A DNA stretch of 64,000 nt, taken from assembly GCA_963697335.1 (NCBI GenBank), contig CAVONQ010000010.1:1-64000 (forward strand). The letters are read 5' to 3'. Under the pieces are notes generated by a model. That model did not search any database, had not been told where the DNA came from, and saw only the letters and a program-made list of their open reading frames with translations. Made by a program: the position numbers and the translations under genes. Below, piece after piece: positions 1 through 9,574 of the stretch (its first letter is position 1; every line of letters starts with the position of its first letter). This DNA comes from an uncultured cyanobacterium (GTDB taxonomy: Bacteria > Cyanobacteriota > Cyanobacteriia > PCC-6307 > Cyanobiaceae).

Positions 1-475
1 AGCATTGGGGATTGACAAAGCTATTTCTGCCACGGAGATTAGCAGTGAAAAAGTTCGGAGCTACATGCAGCTGGAAAAACTGTGGCGGATGATGGATGCA
101 CTGGGACTCTGTGTGTTTGGCTATGCCCCGCGGGGTGTGATACCGCTGGATGTCATGATTCAATCCTTAAATGCGATAACAGGATGGGACACAGATATTG
201 ATGAACTGTTGACCGCTGCCGAGAGAGCTTCCATGCTGGCACGTGCATTTAACAGTCGTGAGGGATTTACCATTAAAGATGATCGGCTGCCAAAACGGCT
301 CTTCAATCCGAAGCCCGATGGTCCCGGTTCCGGCAAGAAGATATTTGAAGAAGATGACTTTGATAAAGCCATTGCTTTGTACTACGAGATGATCGATTGT
401 GATCCTGAAACCGGCCGACCCCGTCATGGAAAATTGATTGAGTTAGGCCTTGACTGGGTAGAAGAATTGTTGTGA
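1..475 (+). CDS. Aldehyde ferredoxin oxidoreductase, C-terminal part (5' end outside window)
   Basis: DALGLCVF, TGWD, ERxxxLARAFNSREG, DDRLPKR and the terminal GRPxxxKLxELGL motif match AOR C-terminal domains. Confidence 0.85.
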   Translation, partial: ALGIDKAISATEISSEKVRSYMQLEKLWRMMDALGLCVFGYAPRGVIPLDVMIQSLNAITGWDTDIDELLTAAERASMLARAFNSREGFTIKDDRLPKRLFNPKPDGPGSGKKIFEEDDFDKAIALYYEMIDCDPETGRPRHGKLIELGLDWVEELL

Positions 476-482
476 TCTAAAA

Positions 483-595
483 CCGCCACCTCAGGTGGCG
501 GCCCGGCAAGGTTCAATAATCCGGTGAACATAAATCGAACGATATGTTAAAGCCCCCTATAGGGGGCTTCTCTGAGGCCAGCCGCTTCGCGGGTG
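483..595. repeat. Cluster of three GC-rich hairpins, possibly an IS200/IS605-type end remnant or REP-like element
   Basis: ccgccacct-c-aggtggcgg (483-501), perfect 20-bp palindrome aagccccctatagggggctt (550-569), imperfect cagccgc-ttc-gcgggtg (579-595). Confidence 0.45.
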
Positions 596-628
596 CAGGC
601 GCTCGGTTTACCATGATAGGGGGGCAAT

Positions 629-1619
629 ATGGACAAACCGAACTGGAATCCAGGCACACTTTTGGGACTTTCCGGCCAGTACTGGAAAACATGCACGCTG
701 CATGCTGCCGTAAAGCTGGATATATTTACGACCATCGGCGATGGCGCCATGAGCGGGCAAACGATTGCGCGGAAAATCAGCGCCGATGCCGATGCTGCTG
801 ATCGTCTGCTCAACGCCCTTGCGGCAATGGGACTTCTCGAGAAAAGAAGATGATACCTTTCTCAACGTGGATGCCGCCGGCCGGTTTTTGCGGAAAGATT
901 CCAAGGCCTATCTGGGCTTTATGATCTTGCACCACCATCACCTGGTGGATTCCTGGTCCAAGATGGACCAGGCCGTTCTTACGGGCAAGCCGGTTCGAAC
1001 CCGCTCATCGTTCAATGATGAATCGGTTCGCGAGGCCTTTCTCATGGGGATGTTCAACAATGCCATGCTGCAGGCGCCCCACCTGGTTGAGACCTTTGAT
1101 TTGTCGGCTTATGGAAACCTGCTGGACATGGGCGGTGGCCCGGGCACCTATGCGATTCATTTTTGCCTGCAGAATCCGCAGTTGAAGGCCGTTGTCTTTG
1201 ATCTGCCCACCACCCGGCCCTTTGCGGAAAAAACCATCGCTCAATTCGGGCTGAGCGATCGCATTTCGTTTATGGCGGGCGATTATGTCACGGAACCGAT
1301 GCAGGGCCGATACGATGTCGTCTGGATGTCGCATATTCTGCACGGCGAGGGACCGGCGGATTGTCAAAACATGATCCAAAAGGCTGCCACGATGCTGACA
1401 TCCGGCGGCATGTTGTTGCTGCATGATTTCATTCTGGACGACACCAGAGACGGTCCTTTGTTTCCGACCCTTTTTTCCATGAACATGCTTCTGGGTACCC
1501 CCGAAGGAAGATCCTATACGGAACAGGAATTAGTGGAGATGATGAAGCAGGCCGGGTTGGGGGACATCCAGCGGACGCCTTATCGTGGCCCCACCGAATC
1601 AGGGATTCTGTCCGGCTAA
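629..1619 (+). pseudogene. SAM-dependent O-methyltransferase (family 2, N-terminal dimerisation domain), frameshifted near 845
   Basis: ORF 629-853 (LHAAVKLDIF...RLLNALAAMGLL) continues in the frame of ORF 765-1619 (LLDMGGGPG, VVFDLP, AGDY, SHILH); the shift lies in gaaaagaaga and may be a sequencing error. Confidence 0.8.
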
Positions 1620-1651
1620 AAAAGCATAACATTCAACAACAGGGGGAACAC

Positions 1652-2185
1652 ATGGGACCATTGAAAGTTAAAATTGAAAATATTCTGTATGCAACCGATC
1701 TTTCCGAAAGTGCCCACTACGCGTTTTCATATGCCGTCAGTCTGGCAGATCAGTACGGCGCCAGGATAACTTTTCTGAATGTTTTACCGGAGACCCCGTC
1801 TATCGTCGAAAGCAGCGGAGCCATCGGATATATCGGCCAGGCGCGATGGAAGGAATTGGAAGACAGCCATCTTCAGGAAGCCAAGGACGTGCTGATCGGG
1901 AAAAGAAAGGATCACCTTCTGGTCCGGGAAATTCTCGGTCAATTCAGCGAAAAAGCCAGATATAATAGTGAGCGCGCGGCTGAAGGTGACGAGATTATCG
2001 TCGAACAAGGGGATCCTGTGGATGTGATTCTGGAGGTTGCCAAGGAGAAAAATTGTGATCTGATTGTCATGGGGACCCATGGCAGGGGAACCCTGGCCGA
2101 GGCCCTGATGGGCAGCACCGTCAAACAGGTGATCCGCCGTTCGACCACGCCGGTGCTGGTGGTGAGGCTGCCGAAGGATTTGTAG
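1652..2185 (+). CDS. Universal stress protein (UspA family)
   Basis: ILYATDLS N-terminus, CDLIVMGTHGRG, MGSTVKQVIRRSTTPVLVV. Confidence 0.9.
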   Translation: MGPLKVKIENILYATDLSESAHYAFSYAVSLADQYGARITFLNVLPETPSIVESSGAIGYIGQARWKELEDSHLQEAKDVLIGKRKDHLLVREILGQFSEKARYNSERAAEGDEIIVEQGDPVDVILEVAKEKNCDLIVMGTHGRGTLAEALMGSTVKQVIRRSTTPVLVVRLPKDL

Positions 2186-2195
2186 ACGCGTGTCC

Positions 2196-2223
2196 TTGTT
2201 ACATCTTGTTACAAACTGTTACC
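2196..2223. promoter_or_regulatory. Three direct repeats TGTTAC at 10-bp period (GTAAC-N5-GTAAC on the minus strand); OmpR/CpxR-type binding site upstream of the Spy-like gene
   Basis: ttgttacatc ttgttacaaa ctgttacc; resembles the CpxR GTAAA-N5-GTAAA box, and a cognate regulator is encoded downstream. Confidence 0.6.
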
Positions 2224-2343
2224 CCATAGAAAAGCATTTCTCCAAAAATATGATTATCCTCCCCTTAACAACGTGACACGATTGAGTTAACCGTGCCACG
2301 CTGAACGTCGACAATAACCATAGACGACAAAAAGGGGGGAATT

Positions 2344-2787
2344 ATGGTAAGAACACTAACCATCATCGCATTGATTGCAGTTCTGGGATTGGGCTCGGCA
2401 TTTTTTGTGGGATGCCGGCATCCCGGTCACCAAAGGGGCGCTGCTTTTATGATGGACTACATGGCAGAAGCCCTGGATCTGACTGAGGCACAGCAGGCTA
2501 TGGCCAATTCGTACAAGGATGAAATTTTAGCCAAGGTCAAGGCCAAGCATTCGGAAAAGAAAAAATTACACGACGAACTCAAGATCCAGCTGAGCAGCGA
2601 TGCAATCGACACGGTTCGCGTCAAGGAGCTCGTGGCCGAACACCGGGCCGGAATGGATGACGTGATAGACCTTGTGGTGGATCGGATAGCGGAATTTCAC
2701 GCAACTCTGTCGCCTGAACAGCGCGAAAAACTTGTGAGCAAGCTGGAGAAGTTCGAAAAGCGACACCAAGCTGAGTGGGGACAGTAA
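2344..2787 (+). CDS. Spy/CpxP-family periplasmic protein (possible lipoprotein)
   Basis: Signal peptide with FVGC, LDLTEAQQ and LSPEQREKL (LTxxQ) motifs. Confidence 0.85.
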   Translation: MVRTLTIIALIAVLGLGSAFFVGCRHPGHQRGAAFMMDYMAEALDLTEAQQAMANSYKDEILAKVKAKHSEKKKLHDELKIQLSSDAIDTVRVKELVAEHRAGMDDVIDLVVDRIAEFHATLSPEQREKLVSKLEKFEKRHQAEWGQ

Positions 2788-2826
2788 ACCGGATATGTCG
2801 TAAAATATTCGGCGTGGATCGGTGGA

Positions 2827-2866
2827 TGCTGTTCGGCAGAGAAGATATCTGTTTTGCCGAACAGCA
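2827..2866 (+). terminator. Strong stem-loop between the Spy-like gene and the response regulator
   Basis: 12-bp perfect inverted repeat tgctgttcggca / tgccgaacagca. Confidence 0.5.
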
Positions 2867-2895
2867 GTAATATTGTAATACCATGGGACGATGCC

Positions 2896-3585
2896 ATGAT
2901 GCATAAGATTCTCATCATAGACGATGATAAGAAACTGAACCAGCTGCTGGTGACCTTTTTGGGAGAATTCGGTTTCAACGTCTTCACGGCAACACGACCG
3001 AGCATTGGTCTCAAACTGCTGAAAAAGGAAGCGCCTGACCTGGTCATCCTGGATATCATGCTGCCGGAAATGGATGGTTTTCAGGTATGCAAAACCATTC
3101 GTGAGACCCATAGTGTGCCCATCATCATGCTGACCGCCAGAGGGGAAACCACCGACAGGATTGTGGGGCTTGAACTGGGAGCCGATGATTATCTGCCCAA
3201 ACCGTTTGAGCCACGGGAACTGGTGGCCCGTATTCATTCGGTGATACGCCGGGCAAGCGGGGTGGATGAGAACCGCCCGCTATCGTTCGGTCCCCTGAAA
3301 ATCGATTTTGCCAGGCGTAGCGCCCGTCTGAACAATGATTTGCTGGATTTGACCACCAACGAATTTACCGCACTGGCGTTGCTGGTAAAAAATGCGGGCA
3401 AAGTGCTCGACAGGGATCAGATACTACAGGAACTGAGAGGGATGGATTCAGAAGCGTTCAATCGTTCCGTGGATATCACCATGAGCCGTCTGCGGCAAAA
3501 ACTGAAAGACGACCCCAGGGCACCGGATTATATCAAAACCGTATGGGGTGCCGGGTATGTGTTTATCGGCAAGGGTGAGCCATAA
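2896..3585 (+). CDS. OmpR/CpxR-family response regulator
   Basis: KILIIDDD, LVILDIMLP, GADDYLPKPF and a winged-helix C-terminus (IKTVWGAGY); start set at ATG 2896. Confidence 0.92.
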   Translation: MMHKILIIDDDKKLNQLLVTFLGEFGFNVFTATRPSIGLKLLKKEAPDLVILDIMLPEMDGFQVCKTIRETHSVPIIMLTARGETTDRIVGLELGADDYLPKPFEPRELVARIHSVIRRASGVDENRPLSFGPLKIDFARRSARLNNDLLDLTTNEFTALALLVKNAGKVLDRDQILQELRGMDSEAFNRSVDITMSRLRQKLKDDPRAPDYIKTVWGAGYVFIGKGEP

Positions 3586-3651
3586 GCCATAAGCGGTAAG
3601 CAGTTACCGGTAAGTCAGCTTAAAGCTTATTGCTTACAGCTTATGCCTTAG
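3581..3651. repeat. Heptamer-periodic inverted repeat (TAAGC units facing GCTTA units)
   Basis: cataagc cataagc ggtaagc ... gcttaaa gcttatt gcttaca gcttatg. Confidence 0.6.
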
Positions 3652-3669
3652 GACCCCGTACAATACAAT

Positions 3670-5001
3670 GTGAGATTCAGCCAAATCATGCACTCCCACT
3701 GGTTTAAAAAAATATTCAACTCCGTTTTCACCAAAATGGTGATGGTCATCCTGATCGCCGGCATCGCCATCAATGTTGCCCTATGGGGTTTTTTCTGGGC
3801 TTACCGGGCCATGGCAGGACGGCCCTTTCACAGCAATATCCATCAATATCTCAATTATGTCATCGAGGATCTGGGCACACCCCCCAGTTACGAGCGTGCC
3901 GGTGTGATAGCTCGTCAGGCAGGACTTCAAATTCACTTTCAAGGCCCTGACACCTCCTGGTCCACAACTCTCAATGCCATTGATCGCCGCAGAATCCATT
4001 TTCGTACATGGGGTGACAAGCCGAATATCCGCGGGGGGATGTCCCACGGTCGCTTCTATATTGAATACCGGCACGACAGGGGTGATTTTATTTTTGAACT
4101 GTCGGGTGAATACGAAAAAAATCCGGCCCTGAAATGGATTCACGGTCTCATCGTATTATCCATCACATTGATTTTACTGGGTGCTTTTGTGTTGATGCGA
4201 AGGATTCTGCGACCCATCAAGTGGCTGGATGCGGGTGTAAAAGAAGTCAGTCGCGGCAATCTGAAACATCGGGTTCCCGTTACGAAATCGGATGAACTCG
4301 GCCAGTTGTCTCAGGCTTTCAACGCCATGACCCAACGCCTAAACGAGATGCTCACCGCCAAGGAACAACTGCTGCGGGATGTCAGTCATGAACTGCGCTC
4401 ACCCTTGACCCGCATGAAAGTAGCGCTTGAATTCGTAAAAGAGAGCCGGACCAGGGAACTGGTGCAATCGGACATCCAGGAAATGGAGGGGATGATTACC
4501 CATATTCTGGATACCGCCCGCATGCATCATGACCACAGGCGCCTTAAGCTCCAGAAAATCGATCTCACTGAAGTCATCGATGCTGTGGTTGCTATCTATC
4601 GTCGGCAGCAGCCCGGTGTCATTTTCAGCGGGACATCATCTTCGGTTTTCTGTATGGCAGATCCTGAGCAGATCAGCATCGTTTTGAAAAATATTCTGGA
4701 CAACGCCATCAAATATTCCCAAAAAGACAGTAAACCCGTTCGAATTTCCACATATACCAAGGATGAATGGGCTGTCATCGAGATCGAGGATAACGGCATT
4801 GGCATTGAACCGGAAGCCTTGGGATATATCTGGGAGCCATTCTACCGGGCCGACAAATCACGATCCAGGGATACCGGCGGGTACGGTTTGGGGCTCAGCC
4901 TGTGTAAAACCATCATCGAAGCCCATGGCGGCACCATAGACCTTCGCAGCATACCCGGCAAAGGCACCACTGTTTCCTTGGCACTTTTTTCCAAAAAATA
5001 A
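3670..5001 (+). CDS. HAMP-domain sensor histidine kinase (CpxA-like)
   Basis: Two TM segments, HAMP, H-box DVSHELRSPL, N/G boxes (NAIKYS, DNGIGI, GYGLGL). Confidence 0.92.
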   Translation: MRFSQIMHSHWFKKIFNSVFTKMVMVILIAGIAINVALWGFFWAYRAMAGRPFHSNIHQYLNYVIEDLGTPPSYERAGVIARQAGLQIHFQGPDTSWSTTLNAIDRRRIHFRTWGDKPNIRGGMSHGRFYIEYRHDRGDFIFELSGEYEKNPALKWIHGLIVLSITLILLGAFVLMRRILRPIKWLDAGVKEVSRGNLKHRVPVTKSDELGQLSQAFNAMTQRLNEMLTAKEQLLRDVSHELRSPLTRMKVALEFVKESRTRELVQSDIQEMEGMITHILDTARMHHDHRRLKLQKIDLTEVIDAVVAIYRRQQPGVIFSGTSSSVFCMADPEQISIVLKNILDNAIKYSQKDSKPVRISTYTKDEWAVIEIEDNGIGIEPEALGYIWEPFYRADKSRSRDTGGYGLGLSLCKTIIEAHGGTIDLRSIPGKGTTVSLALFSKK

Positions 5002-5288
5002 AAGCCCATGAAACTGAAGTGACGCCTGGCGACACTGCCCACTATCCCCGCGGCAGCCATTTCTTTTAATCGTGTAACCGGAAAAACAATATTCAGATCC
5101 TTATCTGCATCCCGATGATCATAGTAGTCGTGTGTGATCAGGTAATCTTCTTCTATGGTTTGAGCGTCAATTATTCTATACGTGGGATCCCCGATGGGGT
5201 CGCGCATGTTAAAGGGTTCGTGAAGGGTGTGGTGGACACCGGCCGTTGTTATAAGTGCTATCTTGGATTTGTCCAATGCTGTTTTCAA
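5002..5288 (-). pseudogene. Truncated glycine/betaine/sarcosine/D-proline reductase selenoprotein B-family gene
   Basis: KIALITTAGVH, GDPTYRII, HDYYDHRDADKDLNIVFP, HFSFMG; similarity stops abruptly at the convergent kinase stop codon. Confidence 0.7.
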
Positions 5289-5476
5289 GGATTTGTTGGG
5301 GCTGGAAAAGCGACAATGTTGCGCTTCATAAATTCGCTTGACGGATTCATGTGTATAAAAATTATACGATTTTTATTTTTAACAAGAAAATATGTTTACA
5401 ATTTATACGCAAGCCTTAACTTGCGTTATGGGATTTACCTGAGCTGAAATGCTTGGGCTAACTGAAAGGACATATC

Positions 5477-7270
5477 ATGCTGCAACCATCCAAAGGTGGC
5501 CTGCGCACGGGGATGCAGACATCACCCTGGATCATTCTGGGCTTGACCGTCATCTTACTCATTGTCGTGCTGGTGCTGGCATTTCAAAATACCAACCGGG
5601 AACGGCGCTACATGTCGGAGCTTATGAGCGCCAAGGGCGCGGCCCTCATTCGAGCCGTGGAAGCAGGTGCCCGAACGGGGATGATGGGAATGAGGTGGGG
5701 TGGGCGACAGATACAGCGACTGATCGAGGAAACCGCCCGCCTGCCGGACGTTCTCTATATGGCGGTCATTGATCAAAATGGCCGGGCGGTTGCTCACAGC
5801 GACCCGACAAAAATCGATCAGCCTTTTGATCAGCATCGCCGGATAACACATCTTGGACCGGATGAACTTGAAAATTGGGAGTTGGTGACCCTCAGTAACC
5901 AGCAGCGAATATTTGAGGTTCATCGGCATTTTCGCCCCTTGAGGTTTGACGGAAGCAAACCCTTTGGCCATATGCAGTCAATGAACCAGCGGCACGGCCT
6001 GCGATCCGACTCTGCCGAGGATTGGTTTTCTGCCGACAAACGCCAAAAGCTGTTGATTATCATAGGGCTGGATGTCACCCCATTTGAAGAGGCAATCCAG
6101 AGCGATATTCGAACAACGGTGGTACTGTCTGTCATCATGCTTGTTTTAGGGTTTGGCGGGTTTGTGTCATTGTTTTGGATGTACAGTTATCGGGGTGCCA
6201 GGAAGTCTTTGCAGGACACCAGTGCTTTTGCCCACGAGGTGGTCAGTCATCTGCCTGTCGGTTTGATCGCCACGGACCGGTCGGGAAGGATAACTTTTTT
6301 CAATGCAGCGGCTGAAAAAATCACTGGTCTGAAAAAAAACACTGCCTTGAACGCGCGTCCGGAAACAATCCTGCCGGATGGATTGTGCGGTCTGCAACAA
6401 AGACTTGATCAGGGGGAGACGATTTCCGAACAGGAAATGGAATGCGATTTTTCAGGAACCAAGCAGGCGGCCGTCAGTGTCAGTGCCGCCCGTATCACGA
6501 ATGACTCGAAAGATTTCGTCGGGCAGGTTCTCATATTGAGGGACTTGAGCGAAATTCGCCGTTTACAGGATGAAATACACCGCCAGGAAAAACTGGCTGC
6601 CATGGGTGGCCTGGCTGCCGGTGTAGCACACGAAGTCAGAAATCCATTAAGCTCCATCAAGGCATTGGCCACGTTTTTCGCCGGACAGTTTGCCGAAGGC
6701 AGCCAGGCCCGGGAAGCGGCAGGGGTCATGATACAGGAGGTGGACCGCTTAAACCGGGTGATCACCGAATTATTGGATTTTGCAAGACCCTCGGATCTGA
6801 AAAGGCAGCCGAACGATATCGGTCTGCTGCTGTCTCGTTCCATACAACTGATTCAGCAGGATGCAAGCAACAAGAACGTCGATATCGAGCTGCATACGGA
6901 AACAGGTATCTGTTCCCCATGGATAGATTCGGACCGGCTGGCCCAGTGCCTGTTAAACCTTTATATCAATGCCATCCAGGCCATGCAAAACGGCGGAACC
7001 CTGACCGTGTCATGCACTTCAGCCGGTGCCGGGCATGTCAACATCACTGTCAAGGATAGCGGCTCGGGGATTTCTGCTGATCAGCTTAGAAAAATCTTCG
7101 ATCCTTATTTTACAACCAAAAAAAGGGGAACCGGGCTGGGTTTGGCCATCGTCTATAAAATTGTCGAGGCCCATCAGGGACAAATAGCAGTTCATAGCAC
7201 CATCGGTGAAGGGACTTCATTTACAATCACGATTCCATGTCAACAGAATCAAGCCACGGAGAGGTCATGA
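5477..7270 (+). CDS. PAS-containing sensor histidine kinase, ZraS/HydH-like
   Basis: LIRAVEAGARTGMMG periplasmic motif, PAS domain, LAAGVAHEVRNPL, FDPYFTTK..GTGLGL. Confidence 0.88.
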   Translation: MLQPSKGGLRTGMQTSPWIILGLTVILLIVVLVLAFQNTNRERRYMSELMSAKGAALIRAVEAGARTGMMGMRWGGRQIQRLIEETARLPDVLYMAVIDQNGRAVAHSDPTKIDQPFDQHRRITHLGPDELENWELVTLSNQQRIFEVHRHFRPLRFDGSKPFGHMQSMNQRHGLRSDSAEDWFSADKRQKLLIIIGLDVTPFEEAIQSDIRTTVVLSVIMLVLGFGGFVSLFWMYSYRGARKSLQDTSAFAHEVVSHLPVGLIATDRSGRITFFNAAAEKITGLKKNTALNARPETILPDGLCGLQQRLDQGETISEQEMECDFSGTKQAAVSVSAARITNDSKDFVGQVLILRDLSEIRRLQDEIHRQEKLAAMGGLAAGVAHEVRNPLSSIKALATFFAGQFAEGSQAREAAGVMIQEVDRLNRVITELLDFARPSDLKRQPNDIGLLLSRSIQLIQQDASNKNVDIELHTETGICSPWIDSDRLAQCLLNLYINAIQAMQNGGTLTVSCTSAGAGHVNITVKDSGSGISADQLRKIFDPYFTTKKRGTGLGLAIVYKIVEAHQGQIAVHSTIGEGTSFTITIPCQQNQATERS

Positions 7271-8658
7271 TGCGTTCGCCTAAAACAACTAAAATATTGA
7301 TTGTGGACGACGATCCCGGTCATCTGGTTTCACTCAAAACCATCATTCGCAGCTGGGGATATAAGACTGAAACAGCCGATGACGGAGATGTTGCTGTGGA
7401 CGTGGTGAAATCCGGACCTATGGATCTTATTCTGATGGACGTTCGTATGGCAACCATGAGCGGCATCGAAGCGCTTAAGCAGATCAAAGCCTACAACCCC
7501 ACGATTCCCGTTATTATCATGACGGCCTATTCATCCGTGGACACGGCGGTGGAGGCTTTGAAATCAGGAGCTTACGATTATCTGATCAAACCGCTGGATT
7601 TTGAAGTCCTCAAACTCACCATCGAGCGGGCCGGCGAGCACGCCGGACTCAAGGAAGAAAACAGGGTTTTAAAGGAACATCTGCAAGGGAGTTATAACCT
7701 TGAAAACATCATCGGCAGGAGTCAGCCGATGAAGAACCTGTTGGAGATGGTATCCATGGTGGCTCCTTCAGAGGCGACCGTGTTAATCACCGGCGAAAGC
7801 GGCACCGGCAAGGAATTGATTGCCCGATCCCTGCATTTCAACAGCCCGCGCCGGGAAAAACCCCTGGTGGTGGTCAATTGTGCGGCCATTGCGGAAACAC
7901 TGCTCGAGTCAGAGCTCTTCGGGCACGAAAAGGGTTCTTTCACGGGTGCGGACAAACGCCGTGAAGGCCGATTTTTCATGGCCAATCACGGCACCATCTT
8001 TCTGGATGAAATTGGAGAAATGCCCTCCACGATGCAGGCCAAGCTTTTGCGGGTTCTTCAGGAAAGGGAGATCCAGCGTGTGGGCGGTGAGGAGACCATC
8101 AACGTGGATGTGAGGGTGGTTGCCGCCACCAACCGTGACCTGGAATCCGATGTCGCTCAGGGGCATTTCCGGGAAGATCTTTTTTACCGCTTGAACGTCA
8201 TGTCCTTGAATGTGCCGCCACTAAGAAGAAGGCAGGAGGATATCCCTGTATTGGCTCAGCATTTCCTTGAAAAATTTGCCGCTAAAAACCGCAAATCTGT
8301 TAAAGGATTTGTTCCCTTGGCCATGGATATGCTGCTCAATTATTCCTGGCCCGGAAACGTCAGGGAACTGGAAAACGCCATGGAGCGGGCCGTCATTCTG
8401 CTTTCCGGGGAGTATATTACCGAGAAACAGTTACCGCTGAATATCACCGAAAAATACCCTGACCTTGAAGCATCGGCAGCCATTGCGGCACCCGTAACGG
8501 ACGGCACGCGTTCGTTGGAGGAAATTGAAAAAGAGGCTGTACTTGCCACCCTGAAAGCCAGCGACGGAAATAAAGCCGAAGCCGCCCGCCGTTTAGGGGT
8601 CACCCGAAAGACCCTGCACAATAAATTGAAAAGCTATGGACTTGGTAAAGAAACTTAA
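7267..8658 (+). CDS. Sigma54-dependent response regulator, ZraR/HydG-like
   Basis: Receiver domain, GESGTGKE, GSFTGA (GAFTGA variant), FLDEIGE, Fis-type HTH; ATGA overlap with the kinase. Confidence 0.92.
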   Translation: MMRSPKTTKILIVDDDPGHLVSLKTIIRSWGYKTETADDGDVAVDVVKSGPMDLILMDVRMATMSGIEALKQIKAYNPTIPVIIMTAYSSVDTAVEALKSGAYDYLIKPLDFEVLKLTIERAGEHAGLKEENRVLKEHLQGSYNLENIIGRSQPMKNLLEMVSMVAPSEATVLITGESGTGKELIARSLHFNSPRREKPLVVVNCAAIAETLLESELFGHEKGSFTGADKRREGRFFMANHGTIFLDEIGEMPSTMQAKLLRVLQEREIQRVGGEETINVDVRVVAATNRDLESDVAQGHFREDLFYRLNVMSLNVPPLRRRQEDIPVLAQHFLEKFAAKNRKSVKGFVPLAMDMLLNYSWPGNVRELENAMERAVILLSGEYITEKQLPLNITEKYPDLEASAAIAAPVTDGTRSLEEIEKEAVLATLKASDGNKAEAARRLGVTRKTLHNKLKSYGLGKET

Positions 8659-8771
8659 TCCGGTTTGCCGCTATAGTATGTATTCTCCGGGTTTTTTTTA
8701 CACGCTTACGGTAACTGCAGGGAATTGGCACCCAGATCTTCCATTCTGAAAAAAATAAAACAAAATAAACA

Positions 8772-8829
8772 AATCAGATAGTTAAATTCGATATTCACTA
8801 TCAGTGGGTATCGTTGGCACAGACATTGC
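8772..8829 (+). promoter_or_regulatory. IHF site plus sigma54 -24/-12 promoter
   Basis: aatcagatagtta (8772-8784) fits WATCARN4TTR; TGGCAC-agaca-TTGC (8815-8829) is a perfect sigma54 consensus. Confidence 0.85.
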
Positions 8830-8907
8830 GTTGCATGTGTATACATCAGCACTCTTTCGGCGGTGTTTGATCTACAACGAGAAATAGACTTAGAAAGGAA
8901 AATTGAA

Positions 8908-9258
8908 ATGAACCGAAACACTTCAACACTTCTCAGCCTGGGTGTGTCCGCCGTCCTGATTGCCGTCGGCGTATGGTTTCTTTACAATCACAATATAGGT
9001 TTCTGGCCCGGACACGGTCGCTGGGCCATGGGAGGGCACGGTATGATGGGAGGCGGTATGGGAATCGTTATGATTATATTCTGGATGGTCCTGATTGCGG
9101 CTGTGGTACTGCTGCTCTCAGGGGCGGTCAACGGACTGCGTGGCACTAAACGAAATCAGGAGGGCACGTCATCTTTGGAAATCCTTAAGCAGCGCTACGC
9201 CCGCGGTGAGATCGACAAAACTGAATTTGAAGAAAAGCAGCGCGATCTATTAATTTAA
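8908..9258 (+). CDS. SHOCT-domain membrane protein
   Basis: Two hydrophobic segments, GMMGG linker, C-terminal LEILKQRYARGEIDKTEFEE. Confidence 0.85.
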   Translation: MNRNTSTLLSLGVSAVLIAVGVWFLYNHNIGFWPGHGRWAMGGHGMMGGGMGIVMIIFWMVLIAAVVLLLSGAVNGLRGTKRNQEGTSSLEILKQRYARGEIDKTEFEEKQRDLLI

Positions 9259-9291
9259 AGAAGTATTTTTATACAACGCTGGAGGTGCAAC

Positions 9292-9546
9292 ATGACAACC
9301 CAAAACAATCAACACGCTTATATAGATCCAGTATGTCGGATGAAAGTTGCCACGACAGGCAAGGTGCCGCCTTTTACATTTCATGCTGATATATACTATT
9401 TTTGTGCCGAAGCTTGCCGGGAGGCGTTTATTTCCGACCCGGACAAATATTTAGAGGCGGAAGCACCCAAGAAAAAAGGAATATGGGGAAGGTACCTGGA
9501 CCGACTCAACAAATCAACGGGTGGCAAACCCCAATGCTGTCATTAA
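9292..9546 (+). CDS. YHS-domain metal-binding protein
   Basis: IDPVCRMKV...YYFCAEACREAFISDPDKY, C-terminal CCH. Confidence 0.88.
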   Translation: MTTQNNQHAYIDPVCRMKVATTGKVPPFTFHADIYYFCAEACREAFISDPDKYLEAEAPKKKGIWGRYLDRLNKSTGGKPQCCH

Positions 9547-9574
9547 CCAAAAACAACCCAAGGAGGAAACAAAA

